A DNA stretch of 63,388 nucleotides, counting the filler, from Intoshia linei (lineage: Eukaryota; Animalia; Orthonectida), in the NCBI GenBank assembly GCA_001642005.1. It is 5 parts of 5 records of this genome, joined end to end, with 100 filler letters (N's around TTAATTAATTAA, not from the genome) between each part and the next. Parts side by side here need not be neighbours in the genome. Positions count along the whole stretch, not along the records: positions 23,897 to 54,071 come from LWCA01000381.1; 4 more parts are not named here. The stretch is one strand, 5' to 3'. The notes beneath the pieces are model-generated. The model did not search any database. It saw nothing but the letters and a program-made list of their open reading frames with translations, and had not been told where the DNA came from. Below, piece by piece: positions 29,931-42,000 of the stretch. A program made the translations under genes and the position numbers. How positions within the stretch are numbered: the stretch's first letter is position 1; each line of letters begins with the position of its first letter.

Positions 29931-31290
29931 CTATTTATTTTTAACATCTGTTTTACACGCAATGATTTTTTCATTTTCTTCTATAATTTGTAATATCTTG
30001 GATAATTGTAAACGTATGCTTTCATTTTCTTGATGATTTTTATCAATTTTATCGTGTATATTTTGCATTTGTATTTTTTCTTTTTCAAATTTGGCTAAAT
30101 TTTTTTTTTGATTATATTTATAATCCCATGCAATTATCAAGACTGCCGTGAAGAAAATGATGGCTTCGCTTATAATAGAACTGGACAATTTAAATGCTTC
30201 GTCTTGATTCAACTTTCTTGGAGGTGCATTTGAGTGTATTCCAATCAATTTCCGATGAATATTAATGTCCATAAAATGGTAAACTAATTTATCACAATGT
30301 AATACGATCTGATAACGATTCGTAACAAATTTCAAAACTTTGCCTAGCACGTAAAAAAATTCTTCGGTAACAATTTTTGGACAACAAAAAGGGATTTAGT
30401 AAATGTTTATTAAATTTTAAATTATTCTTTAAAAAGTTTTCAGAATTTTCACGTTCAGAATGGCTGATATACCGACAAAAAAGTAATTTTTAAAATCATT
30501 TTCATCTACTTTTTATATAAGAATATTTAAAGATAAATTACCCGGTTTATAGTTTGAAATATATTGTACAAATGAATATATCATACTATATTAGATTCCA
30601 CTTTTGATACTTTTTTTAAACCAAATTTGCATATCAATGCCTTTTTTCATTTTTAAAATTTATTAAAAATTTTTTTAAATCGGTTAATATTTACCCTTCC
30701 CCTAATGCAACTATTGCAAATTAATATAAAAAACATTATTGGAAGCATTATTTGTTGGTTTTTATGGCATTCGTGTTTCGGTGGGTTTCTATGTTTTTTT
30801 GTACATTTATAAATTCAATTTTAGTTCATTTATTTTGGGTTTTAATGATGGTTGAATTCCTTATAATTTTTAATTAACCGCAAAAACAATGGATGGGCCT
30901 CAATATAAATTTCCAATAAACTAGAATAAATGGGCTAGAATTTAAAAAATATAATCCAGGAAAACATAAGAAAAAAACATAGAAACCAACATAAAACTGA
31001 AAATGTATTATTGATAAATTTATAATTAAAATTAGAACAGGGTAAATATTAACCGATTAAAGAAATTTATTTTTAAAATGAAAAAAGGAACCCACATGCA
31101 AAATGGATATTTTTAATAAAAAAAATGGACATCATAATGAATATATAAATGCTTAACTGTTTGCTATTGGTAAAATTACGTATTTTTTAAATTTTTCATT
31201 TTTTGTGGACGCATTAGAAATTTGGTTGGCTAGAGGTTTGCTAATATATTTTATTCCCAAATAAGCTAATTTTATTATGGGAAACGCCAT
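29931..31290 (-). CDS. OPA3: OPA3 mitochondrial outer-membrane protein; exons 31290-31180, 30308-29931
   Basis: MAFPIIKLAYLGIKYISKPLANQI..., YHFMD, KLNQDEAFKLSSSIISEAIIF + TM + coiled coil. Confidence 0.9.
30615..31120. repeat. Foldback/inverted-repeat element in the OPA3 intron; ends approximate
   Basis: CCTTTTTTCATTTTAAAA...AATCGGTTAATATTTACCCT versus AGGGTAAATATTAACCGATT...TTTTAAAATGAAAAAAGG. Confidence 0.65.
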
Positions 31291-31372
31291 TTTGTATTAA
31301 TTTTGAAAAACTTTATTTATAATGAATTTAGTTTTATATCGATTGACAAGGCTTGCAAAATTTTGTACACAA

Positions 31373-33805
31373 ATGAATAATATCAGCTATATTAGGTAAA
31401 CATTTAAACACATGTGAAATTTACTTTACAAATTTTTTATTTTAAACTGCGGTATGTATTTTGTATATATAACTGTGTTTGCTTATTTTTTGTCTTGATA
31501 TAATGTATTACAATTAGTGCTTGCTCTCAAGAATTCGAAAAATTGTAAGCACTAAATACAATACATCATGTATTTGATAACGTCGTGTAAATCAGTTGGG
31601 AGAACGGAAAACATAAAAGTTGTGCTATTTATATAGACTTTATTGTTTCCTCAGGAAATTTTCGTGTACTTTTAAACTAAATAAAAATCGAGTTTTAATT
31701 TTAATTACACAGTACCACATTTTCAGAAAAATTTTAAGAGCAGAATGAAATTTAGTTTATGGTATATAATCTATAGCTGACATTGCCAGGATTCGAATGA
31801 TGTTTGTGACTCTATCTGATGAGATCGTAATCTTGAAATATTTCATTTTTAAAGTGTATATATAAACAATTTTAAGCCAAAAATATTTTTTGTAATCATA
31901 GATATGTCATTTTGGCTTTACATTTAACTCCAAATAAACTAAAATTCAAGTAATCGAACGTAAGTATATCGAGATATCACTGTATAATATACAGTGTATA
32001 TATATAATTAAGTTATATTCAAGTTGATGTTAAATTGAATTTTGTGTTCCTTTAAAACGTAATTTCAAAAAAAATAAAAAATTAACGTCTAATTTATATA
32101 AATACAATGTATTAGGTTGACTGTTATGTACTACGTATAAAAAGTACCTAGATCTGTTGAGGACGGACATTTTTAATTCTACCAAAAAAAATTCAATAAG
32201 AAAATGTAACTTAAAAATGATACTATTCTCTACTAACGGTGCTTGACTAAGTGAATTATCCTAACTTATATAATATGCTACGCGATTTTTGTCTGTGTGT
32301 TACGCTTTATTTAAATAACTACTAGTCTTAAAATTTTTTAAAGACCACATTTCAATTACAGTTTTTTCCGGAACGTATAAGATAAATTTCAACTTCCCAA
32401 TTTCACATATTACGGGTCAAAAACCCCAGTTGTCTCTCTTTTTGAAAATCAAACAAGTTGGAGAATTTAAAAAAATATATACGCTGATACGGATGTTAAA
32501 ATCATAAACATTATCATAAATTTAAATTAAAAAAATTTATATCTTCAGGGCCAAAACCACAAAATACCCTTTTTTGTTAATGAAAACAGCCATAGAATTT
32601 AAAAAAATTACAGGTGGTACAGTTGTATTCTGTTAACATACACAAAAAATTTCAATCCGAATAAGTGACGACTTAACGGTCAAAAAAGCATTATAGTATT
32701 CATATATTTTTTTTCCGAAATATTTTATTAAAACAAAAAATGTGAAATAATTAACGGTCCGAAAATTAAAAAAAAAGATTATTTTGATAGACTTATTCCA
32801 GTTGATATAAATACAAAATTTTAAATCCATTTTTAAGTTAGATTTTCAACATTAATTTATTTTTTTTATAAAAATGTGCCTTCGGCAGAGATAGGTGCTG
32901 TTGGTACGTAGTACATAACAGTCCAGCTAGTTTTAGTATAAAGTAGAAAAAAAAATAACATACATTGCTTAATATTTCTAATTGATTTAATTTTGGGGTC
33001 CTCTCCCCAAACTTGTATTCGTCTGATATAAGCATTAAAATATGAAATTGAGTGAACCATTATTTTTGTATTCAGTAACCAAAGGGCAAATGAAATCGAT
33101 AATGAACTGTTTACTACATATGGTATGACTGTTGAGCAATTAATGGAAGTGGCGGGACTGTCTTGTTCTCTTGTAATTTCAAAGGTAAATTCTGAAGATC
33201 TGATGAATTAATATTATTTTTTTTAGATTTTTTCTTTGTCCAATGAAAACAACAATCCTATAATTATATGTGGCCCAGGAAACAACGGAGGCGACGGTTT
33301 AGTTTGTGCTCGATATTTGAAAATTTATGTATGTAAAAATTAGTGTATATAAATAATATCTATTTAGGGATATAACCCAACCGTATATTACAAATGGGGT
33401 AAACACAAATTTGATAATCTTGTCGGCCAATGTAAAAATTTGAATATTGACTTTTTAAAAGTGGTTCCGGACAATGAAACCTTAAACAAATATTCGTTTT
33501 TAGTCGATGCAATATTTGGGTTTGGATTTAAACCACCAATACGGTCAGAGTTTTTGCCTATCATTGATAATGTGCATAAAAGTAAATTACCGATAGTTTC
33601 AATTGATGTACCGTCTGGTTGGAGTGACGAGTCAAAAATATTGCAACCTGATTGTATAATTTCACTTACTGCACCAAAATGTTGTATCAAAAATTTCAAA
33701 GGAACCCATTATCTCGCAGGAAATTTCATCCCCCGCAAACTCATTGAAACTTACAAATTAATCTTACCTTCATACGAAAACGGAATATTTATCAAAATAA
33801 ACTAA
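31373..33805 (+). CDS. NAXE: NAD(P)H-hydrate epimerase (YjeF_N); exons 31373-31395, 33076-33184, 33227-33328, 33368-33805
   Basis: AxEIDNELF...[57 protein letters not shown]. Confidence 0.95.
32259..32930 (+). mobile_element. Complete short non-autonomous Helitron in NAXE intron 1
   Basis: A|TCCTAACTTATATAATATGCTACGC ... hairpins ... CAGCTAG|T. Confidence 0.88.
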
Positions 33806-33888
33806 CAGAAATACCCGTTGTAGAATCAACAAAAATAAATACATGATTAAATATTGATTTTTGACTTTGAATCTAGTAGTGCATTTAG

Positions 33889-34711
33889 ATGGGATACATA
33901 TCCACTATATTTTATTTTTTATCAATTTTGTTTGTAGTATACTCGGTCGATCTTTCCAAACAATTAAATTGTACAAAATATCACAATCAAGACCATTATT
34001 TGGTAAACTGCAAAACGCATTACAAACATTCTGTAAGATACGAGTTTACGAGTTAATATTTCTAGAACCTTCGAAAACTCGAGATTCCTCCATTGCAATT
34101 TTGTGTTTCGAGCCCTACCAAAATTTCCCCACTCAACAATACTGAGATATACGTGAACCTTCTTTTTGGTATAACATCTATAGATGAGTATTATTATGTT
34201 GACTACACGTACCCGTTCTATACAGCAGGTTTGCAGATTTTACACAAAATTATATAATACTTAAATAGCTTTCAGTTTTGATATCAGCATATGGAGAAAC
34301 AAGGATGATATTTTAGTCAATTTAAAACCTGCAATAATACACGTTTTTGCGGTATAATTATATTTTAGATTAAACCAATGTTCCCCACCTTAGCTCTCTT
34401 AAATTTTACGTTTCCATTGTTCAATAATACCGACAGTGTTGTATTAGATCGAAACCATCCATTATGTCCTGCATTGATCAATGAAACTGTCGACAATCAA
34501 ATCAATCCGCTGTTAGAAGGATTGCTGGTTAAAGATTGGGGTATATTGTTTTTAGTAACGTTTTAAAAATTTAGTAATTTCACGAATTAATACGAGGAAT
34601 TGGACTAAAATGTTTTTAACCGTCATACTCTTTATATTAGCTATTACTGCAGCCGTGCTATTTATACCAAAATACAAACACTACCAATTTGAAAAAAAGA
34701 AAATGTGCTGA
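33889..34711 (+). CDS. Hypothetical type-I membrane glycoprotein (about 220 aa); exons 33889-34032, 34066-34228, 34269-34315, 34369-34540, 34575-34711
   Basis: Phase-consistent GT-AG introns of 33, 40, 53 and 34 nt; N-terminal hydrophobic signal (MGYISTIFYFLSILFVVYS), several N-x-T sequons, TM MFLTVILFILAITAAVLFI, C-terminus KKKMC; third donor (GTCAAT) is weak. Confidence 0.7.
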
Positions 34712-35335
34712 TGCCATTGTCACACTTATAAAAAAATTACATCATATTTAAAATTTTCTCTAATATTGGTTAGAAAACGTTTTTTTTCAAGTTTCTTGTA
34801 TATTTATAAAAATTTAAATTAAAAAATCTTTTTAACCCTTTAGTGCTCGCGCTAAATTACCCTAACGTACAATAAAGAGAGGGTTAAATATTACACAATC
34901 TGAAAAAAATAATTCAAAAAGGATTTAAAAAACCCTCGGGCAAAGCACTTCAAAATTTAAATAATTGAACATTATGATATTATTTCATATAGTAAATTTC
35001 AGTTATGAATAATCGTCATAACAATTAATTTTCAAGAAATCGGTTAAATTGAAGTTGCTCATTATTATCCTGAAAAAATTTTAAAAATGTATTGTAGTTA
35101 AAGGATTAATTAATATTTAAATATTAATATTAATATTATCTGTCATTTCTATAGTTATATACAACTAAACTAATATATATACAGGTTATTCTCGATTTTT
35201 TGACAAAATCTGATGTTTATTTTTCAAGTTTTTTAAAAATTTTGTAATTTAAGTAAAGTTATTTTTTAATTATATTATATTTACTGTCCAACATGCATTT
35301 AAACATTTCACAAAAATTAGAAATATTAAAAGATG

Positions 35336-35499
35336 ATTGTAGTGATATATCGCTATAATACTAATCTTGATTCGAACCTAGCCACGCAGAATACAATTAT
35401 ATGACTATAACCACTCTGCCAGTTAGACATCACAAGTGAGTTATATCAAAAGTATATATTCGAATCTCGATTAGTATAATAGAGATATATCACTACAAT
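35336..35499. mobile_element. Small TIR element with tRNA-like A/B boxes
   Basis: About 40-bp TIR ATTGTAGTGATATATC..TACTAATC..GATTCGAA; minus strand TGGCAGAGTGG ... GGTTCGAATC; absent from the paralogous site near 36890. Confidence 0.6.
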
Positions 35500-35609
35500 A
35501 TTGATAATGAAATGAAACAATCTCAAATATCTCTTAAATATGGGGTTTAAAGAGGGTCAATATATAATATAAAGAAAAATAAAGATTATTTATATAGTAT
35601 TAGNTACCT

Positions 35610-36167
35610 AATTCTGACGAGGGCACATTTTTATTATACCAAAAAATAAATTCACGTTGAAAATCTAACTTAAAAATTAAATTTTAAATAAAATGTTTTG
35701 AAAATGAGAATTTGAGATTGAAAAATTGCGTAGCAATGAAAAAAATTCTGAAGGAATGAATTATATAGATTTTCACCCATATTTCTTTATTGGAAATGTA
35801 TAGACGTTCAATGCACATTTTTTTTTTAATTGTCGGACCTTTTATTATTTTACATTTTTTATTTTAATAAAATATTTCGGGAAAAAAATATATGAATACT
35901 AAAATGTTTTTTTGACCGTGAAGTTGTCACTTATTCGGATTGAAATTTTTTGAAATTCTAGGGCTGTTTTCATTAAAAAAAGAAGGGTAATTTGGCTTTT
36001 TGACCCGTAAGATGTGAGTTTGGGAGGTTGAATTTTATTTTGCTAACACCCCGGAAAAACTGTAATTGAAATGTGGACTTTATAAAATTCTAAGGCTGGT
36101 AGTTATTGAAATAAACGGTAACACACACACAAAAAAAATATGGCATAGCATATTATATAAGTAATGA
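35610..36167 (-). mobile_element. Helitron family copy (internally deleted); left end approximate
   Basis: Both terminal regions are similar to the other copies. Confidence 0.7.
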
Positions 36168-36506
36168 TATAAATTTTGAATAAAAACCAATATCCTTTTG
36201 AAAAGTGTATCCTAGAAAAAAACTTGTTGATGTGTTTGACAGAGTTGGTATATATTCGTTTGAATGTACATTGTACATTCACGTTGCACCGTACGTTTCT
36301 ATCCTTTCGAATATAACCACATAACATTTGAAGGTATCTGTCGCATAATTTTAATCATATATTTTACCTATTACCTAAATACCTGACCTTGTAAATGTTG
36401 AAAGTTGAGGTGTATGAAGTCTATTATTTTAAAAGTAAAATATTAATTATTTTATTTATCATTATTATTATTTATTATTTATTTTATTATTTATATCATC
36501 ATTTAG

Positions 36507-36647
36507 AGATATTTACATGAGAGTAGACATAGACACGCCATGAATCGTGTTCGAGGAGAAGGTGGTAGATTTAATACTAAGAAAACGAATAATGCAAAAA
36601 AACATTGTAAAACTGAACTTAATTTGGATGAAAGTACAATTGAATAA
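36507..36647 (+). CDS. NFYA: NF-YA (CBF-B) terminal exon only
   Basis: AG acceptor followed by RYLHESRHRHAMNRVRGEGGRF (DNA-binding helix); upstream exons not found in the window. Confidence 0.85.
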   Translation, partial: RYLHESRHRHAMNRVRGEGGRFNTKKTNNAKKHCKTELNLDESTIE

Positions 36648-37610
36648 ATGTAGTTCATCAATGTAAATAAAATTTTTTGAATTTTTTTTTTAATTATAAA
36701 GATTTTATACTATATGTTATTCTCGATTTTTTGACAAAATCTGTAGTTTATTTTTCAAGTTTTTTAAAAATTTTCCAATTTAAAGTAAAGTTATTGTTTT
36801 AATTGTATTATATTTATTTCCGTCCAACATAAAATTAGACATTTCTCATACATTTAAACATTTCACAAAAATTAGAAATATTAAAAGATATTGATAATGA
36901 AATGAAGCCATCTTAAATATAGGGTTTAAATAGGAACAATATATTATATAAAGAAAATCAAAAATTATTTATATAGACTATATAAATAATCCAAACAGAT
37001 GGTACTAGTGTGTGTGTTAAATATTTATTAATGTTAAAATTTTCATTATGATCGATTTTAGACAGTTCAGTTTTACATTTCTATTTTAANTATCACTACA
37101 ATATTGATAATGAAATGAAACAATCTCAAATATCTCTTAAATATGGGGTTTAAAGAGGGTCAATATATAATATAAAGAAAAATAAAGATTATTTATATAG
37201 TATTAGAGTGTGTTAAATATTTATTAATGTTAAAATTTTCATTATGATCGATTTTAGACAGTTCAGTTTTACATTTCTATTTTAACTTATATTTATAATA
37301 ATAGCAAGAGTTTTAATAACGGTGGTTATACTCTACTGAATGTCAGTAATGTTAAGAAATGGGTATTAAATTCGTAAATGTTACTTGGATATTTATTTAT
37401 ATATTTATAATAATATATTATAGTCAATATTTTAAAAATTAATGCCTTAAATAATAAAAGGAGAATTCATAATAATATTGAAATCGCTATGTAAATATTG
37501 CTATTAGTTATTTGCGATTTTTTGAACACATTTTGCAACTATTTTTGTCAAAAAATCGAGAATAACCTGTAGTTTCAAATTGAATATCTAATATTATTGC
37601 TCTCTTGACA

Positions 37611-37850
37611 TCCTAACTTATATAATATGCTACGCTATTTTTGTTTGTGTGTGTTCCACTTTATTGAAATAACTACCTGTCTTAGAATTTTATAAACTCT
37701 ACATTTCAATTACAATTTTTTCCGGAACATATAATAATATAAATTTCAACCTCCAAAACTCAGATCTTACAGGTCAAAAACCCCAATTGTTTTTTTTTGA
37801 AAATCACACGAGTTGAAGAATTTAAAAAAATATATGCGCTGATACGGATA
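37611..37850 (+). mobile_element. Helitron 5' fragment; inner boundary approximate
   Basis: A|TCCTAACTTATATAATATGCTACGC start. Confidence 0.75.
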
Positions 37851-38349
37851 TAATTATATATCTTTAATAATAAAAAAACTTAATTTCTAATACAGTTTTT
37901 CGCAGTGATGTTGATATCTATTTTTCAGTTGACAGAATCATGAAGGGTATAAGAGAAGTGAGGTAGTCTGAACTTCAATTATTTTCTAATATAACTTAAA
38001 ATTTATAATTTTAGGGACTTAGATAAAGTACAGTATTCTTTTCATAACTCGCCATTAATTTACAATATAAACTAAAAGTTTTAGAATCATTTTTCAAAAT
38101 AAGTTCAGTTATTTTGTACTAAATTTTACAATTACATTTTATTGCAGGTTAAATTTTAACCTTTAATTTACAGGTTTTATCTGCTGTTTCTATAGTTTTA
38201 AATTCTCTACCTCGCCAACTTTTTCTAAACCCCAAGAATGGCGAGTTATAGAGAATACTGTAGTTAAATTTTAAATTAAACTGAGTAATATTGTACTGTA
38301 TTTATATAATTGCTTAGCATCATGAGGATTACATATATAAACATTTAAA

Positions 38350-38953
38350 ATGTTGGACAAGAAAAACAGAGATGACATGCAAGCTCTAAATGAGCGTGTT
38401 GGAATTTTAAAAGAAATTGCTTTCGATATTGACCAAGAGACTGTCCACCATAATAGAATACTAGATTCAATGGTAATATATGTAGATCTCAATGGCTAGT
38501 TTCGCAAACTATAAGAACATATTCTGATACAATATAAGTTATATTATAACGGGCTAAAAATGTATTGAAATTATAATGCATAAAGGGACCATACCTTAAC
38601 AAGGTCCAAATACTTCAAAATTTAAAAATTACGATTACCCTTAGAAAATATAAGCCTTAAACTACATCAAAAATTACAAACATATAATCGTTACCCGTTA
38701 GCCTTATTACACCGTTTAAATTTTTTATATTGTCAGTCTGTGTAAACCGATTATCGCACTATTGATTATATTTTAACGTAAAACTTAGGACCCAACCTTT
38801 GACAAAACCAAACAATTATTGAAAAATAATATGAAAAGTTTCAATAGATTAATGAAAAAACCTCAAAATAAAAGATTCTGTTGTTATTTTATTGTAATAT
38901 GCTTAATTGTATTTTGTCTTTTTTACATGTCGACGAAATATTTTTTGATTTAA
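38350..38953 (+). CDS. BET1L: Golgi Qc-SNARE BET1-like (GS15); exons 38350-38472, 38789-38953
   Basis: LDKKNRDDMQALNERVGILKEIAFDIDQETVHHNRILDSM SNARE heptads plus C-terminal TM; AFDID pattern is closer to BET1L than BET1. Confidence 0.82.
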
Positions 38954-39021
38954 ATAAAATGTATATAAATAGATTTATTACAATAAATATATATTCAAAA
39001 TATTGAATAGTGGTGGGGTAT

Positions 39022-42000
39022 TTACTCTTCCATGTACAATTGTTTCAAAAGATTACTGTTTGTATATTGAGGATGTGAATCAAGGTATGCAATAACATCC
39101 TTAAGTATAATGATGCGTCTTGGTACTGTCTAAAAGGTTAACTTAAAATTGAAAAAATTTCAGAGAATCTATAAATTAAAAAAATAAAATAAATGTACTT
39201 TTTTGGCAAAATCATTTGATAAACTCTACAAAGAAAATTAAATAAATTATATTACAACAAATATACCAAAGTGGGACGAGGACCAAATGCAGCAGAAAGA
39301 GTTTCACTAATTTCTTGATCACGGAACCTGGCTTGTTCTTCGTGTCTAATTTGTTTTGCTCTTTCCTTCATTTCCAAAAAGTTTGAATCGTTTCCATTCA
39401 TCTATAAAATAAATTAACATGATACAGTCAAAATCTCATTTAACGAAAGTCGAAAAATTGATAAACTCTGTTAATATTATGGGTCAATATAAATAAATTG
39501 ATCGTAATCTATGGTTATTTTTACATTTCTAATATTTTCGTTAAAGGAGATTTTGACTGTATATATAAATTACATACATTTGACATATGCAAAATAGAAT
39601 CCTTTTCCAAGTCTTTCTGTAATTCGTATTCAATTTCTTCTACGGTTCTTAAATATTTTAGTATTTCCTTAGTTTCAGAAGTTTTGTCGTAATCCGGATC
39701 GTCCTAAAATATTTCATATAAATTTAAAATTTTTTTATATTTACAATGTATATGCCTAGTTTAGTTTCAATTCAATAATAAACCTTTAAATAGTCAATTC
39801 GATGGTCAGCAAAAATAGTCAAACGCTCCAGTTGGTCGGTAAGTTGTATCTTCAAGGCTTTACTTAAATATTCACTAACTTTTGGACATACAGATTTAAT
39901 ACCCATTTCACTGGCTAAAATTGAATTAAATTTTAAATTTTACAACAAACAATACCTACTGTTACAATTCGCATTCTCAATTTAGCAATATTAACAAAAT
40001 GAGATTCTTGTATTTTCAATTTTTTGGCTGGGTGAGAATGATTGATTTTATCTTCTTCCAAAAAGTTTATATCACCAACTTTTGTAACGTCACTATCCAA
40101 TAAATCGATAGTCAAATCTCCTCTAATATAATTTATATTAGATATTAAGACAACATATTAACACATAGATTAGTTATCAAAAATATTATTACTCCATAAG
40201 CTCAATATCTCCATCCGTAGGTTTATCAACTTTCTGAGGTTCTGGTCTTTTGATTCCTGTTTTAAATTGACTCTAAATAACAATATATTTAATTTTTTAA
40301 TGATACTACATTTTGAACGTGGCGGATTTGAACGTTTCGAACACCAATCATTTGACTATTTGGTACTCTATTGTGTAGGTTTGTTATGTTGACTGGAAAC
40401 CTGTGATTATTTACATTTGGAACTATTTGCCTAATTGTTTTATCATTGTCTACTCTAACTAAGCCGTTAGAGTTGGCGTTAGTTTGAACATTTCTTTGAG
40501 AATTTGTATGGTTTCTAGACCTCATCATTTTTAAATATTTCTAAATTAATATATTAATGTTTTGATAACAAATTTTTATACATTACACACAGAAATGTAT
40601 TACTATACAAGTCTGAATAAATCAAACCTCTTAATATAAACATATTTTGGTAAAAATTATTCAAAATAAAAAATTACAAGAGAATTAACTGTTTATAAAT
40701 CAGAGAAAAGAAAACGTATTCCACAACAGTCTATTCATCAAAAAGATTAAAAAAATTCAAAATTATCTTAAAAATTGGATATAAAAAAATTTCCCCTTAA
40801 AAATCCTACAAAATGTTTCTTCAAAATAATAATATTCCCTTCACATGTACATTACAAAATATTTTAAAAATATTCTCTTAAAATCCTACAAAATTTTGGT
40901 CATTGTCATTATAGAAACCACAAAAATATTATGATTATCTCGCTCTAACAATACACTGCTCAAATCAATGTTCGCGGATAAACTGCATTCAAAAATTCTT
41001 ACTAATCTTGTACTTAAATAAAATTGAATGTATGTCTTTTACCATTTATTTAAAAAATTGATAGTCGTAGAATTTAAAAAACCTAATTTCTAATACAGTT
41101 TTTCTCAAGACGTATTTATATCTATTTTTTAGTTTCAGAATTTGAGTCCTTCAGAATCAAAAACAGAATTTTCTCTTTTGTTTAAAAATAAAATCAACCC
41201 AAAATTTTAATAAAACATACATTCTGAGACGCATTTTAAAATCATTAACATTGTCGTAAATCTCAGCCTCAGAAACGCATATATTCATGGTCAAAACCAC
41301 AAATGACCCTTTGTTTTAAAAATGAAACATGTCCTAAAATTTTATAAAACCACATGCATCATCATAAATGGCAACCTCAACAAAGATCAAAACTCCAGAT
41401 TACCTTTTTATTTAAAAAAATTACAAATGATAGTTATATCCTGTTAACAAATATAAAAAATCTGACAAAGTGACGCCTTGACAGTTAAAAATGCACTTGA
41501 GTATTTATTTTTTTTATTGAAAACCATTTTATTAAAACAAAAAATTAGAAATAATTAACAGTCCTACAATAAAAAAAGATTATTCTGATTCAGCTTATTT
41601 CAAACCCCAGAAATCTACGCATTCCTGTTATAGATTTTCTTATTGAATCTATTTTTTTGGTAGAATCAAAATGTTCGCCCTACACCGAGCTGGGTCCTGT
41701 TTGTACGTAATACAAATCACATTTTGACCTATCATCATATAAATATAACACTTTATCCGAAAACCCGTCAAAATTGAACACAGTTGTTGCGCATTTATAC
41801 ACCTTAAAATAAAATAATAATGAAGGTTTAATACACCAAATTGTAACCAAATGTAAATGGTAAGTTAAAGTAAAAACTACAAAACGTTAAAATAAAAACT
41901 AGTTTCTAAAATTAATTTAAAAAACAAGATTAATTAAAATAAAATTTATAAAATAAAAACTTACACAAATAAAATTGCAAATATGTGGATCAATTTGTTC

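Larger units (their letters stand above)
35182..37569. mobile_element. Tc1/mariner-type MITE, interrupted by a probably mis-inserted contig (35605-37089)
   Basis: TA|CAGGTTATTCTCGATTTTTTGACAAAA ... TTTTGTCAAAAAATCGAGAATAACCTG|TA; a second left end at about 36713. Confidence 0.7.

Noticed and set aside
31790-31840. Possible C/D snoRNA in NAXE intron 1 (ATGATG...CTGA)
   Set aside because: Imperfect box C, no terminal box D or stem, no recognisable guide
32633-33060. Small ORFs in Helitron/AT-rich DNA (also 24075, 36103, 57753, 57979)
   Set aside because: Fall within non-coding repeat copies; F/I/K/N-biased and not conserved between copies
35360-35430. Functional tRNA gene
   Set aside because: A and B boxes are present but acceptor and anticodon stems cannot be formed; treated as a tRNA-derived repeat
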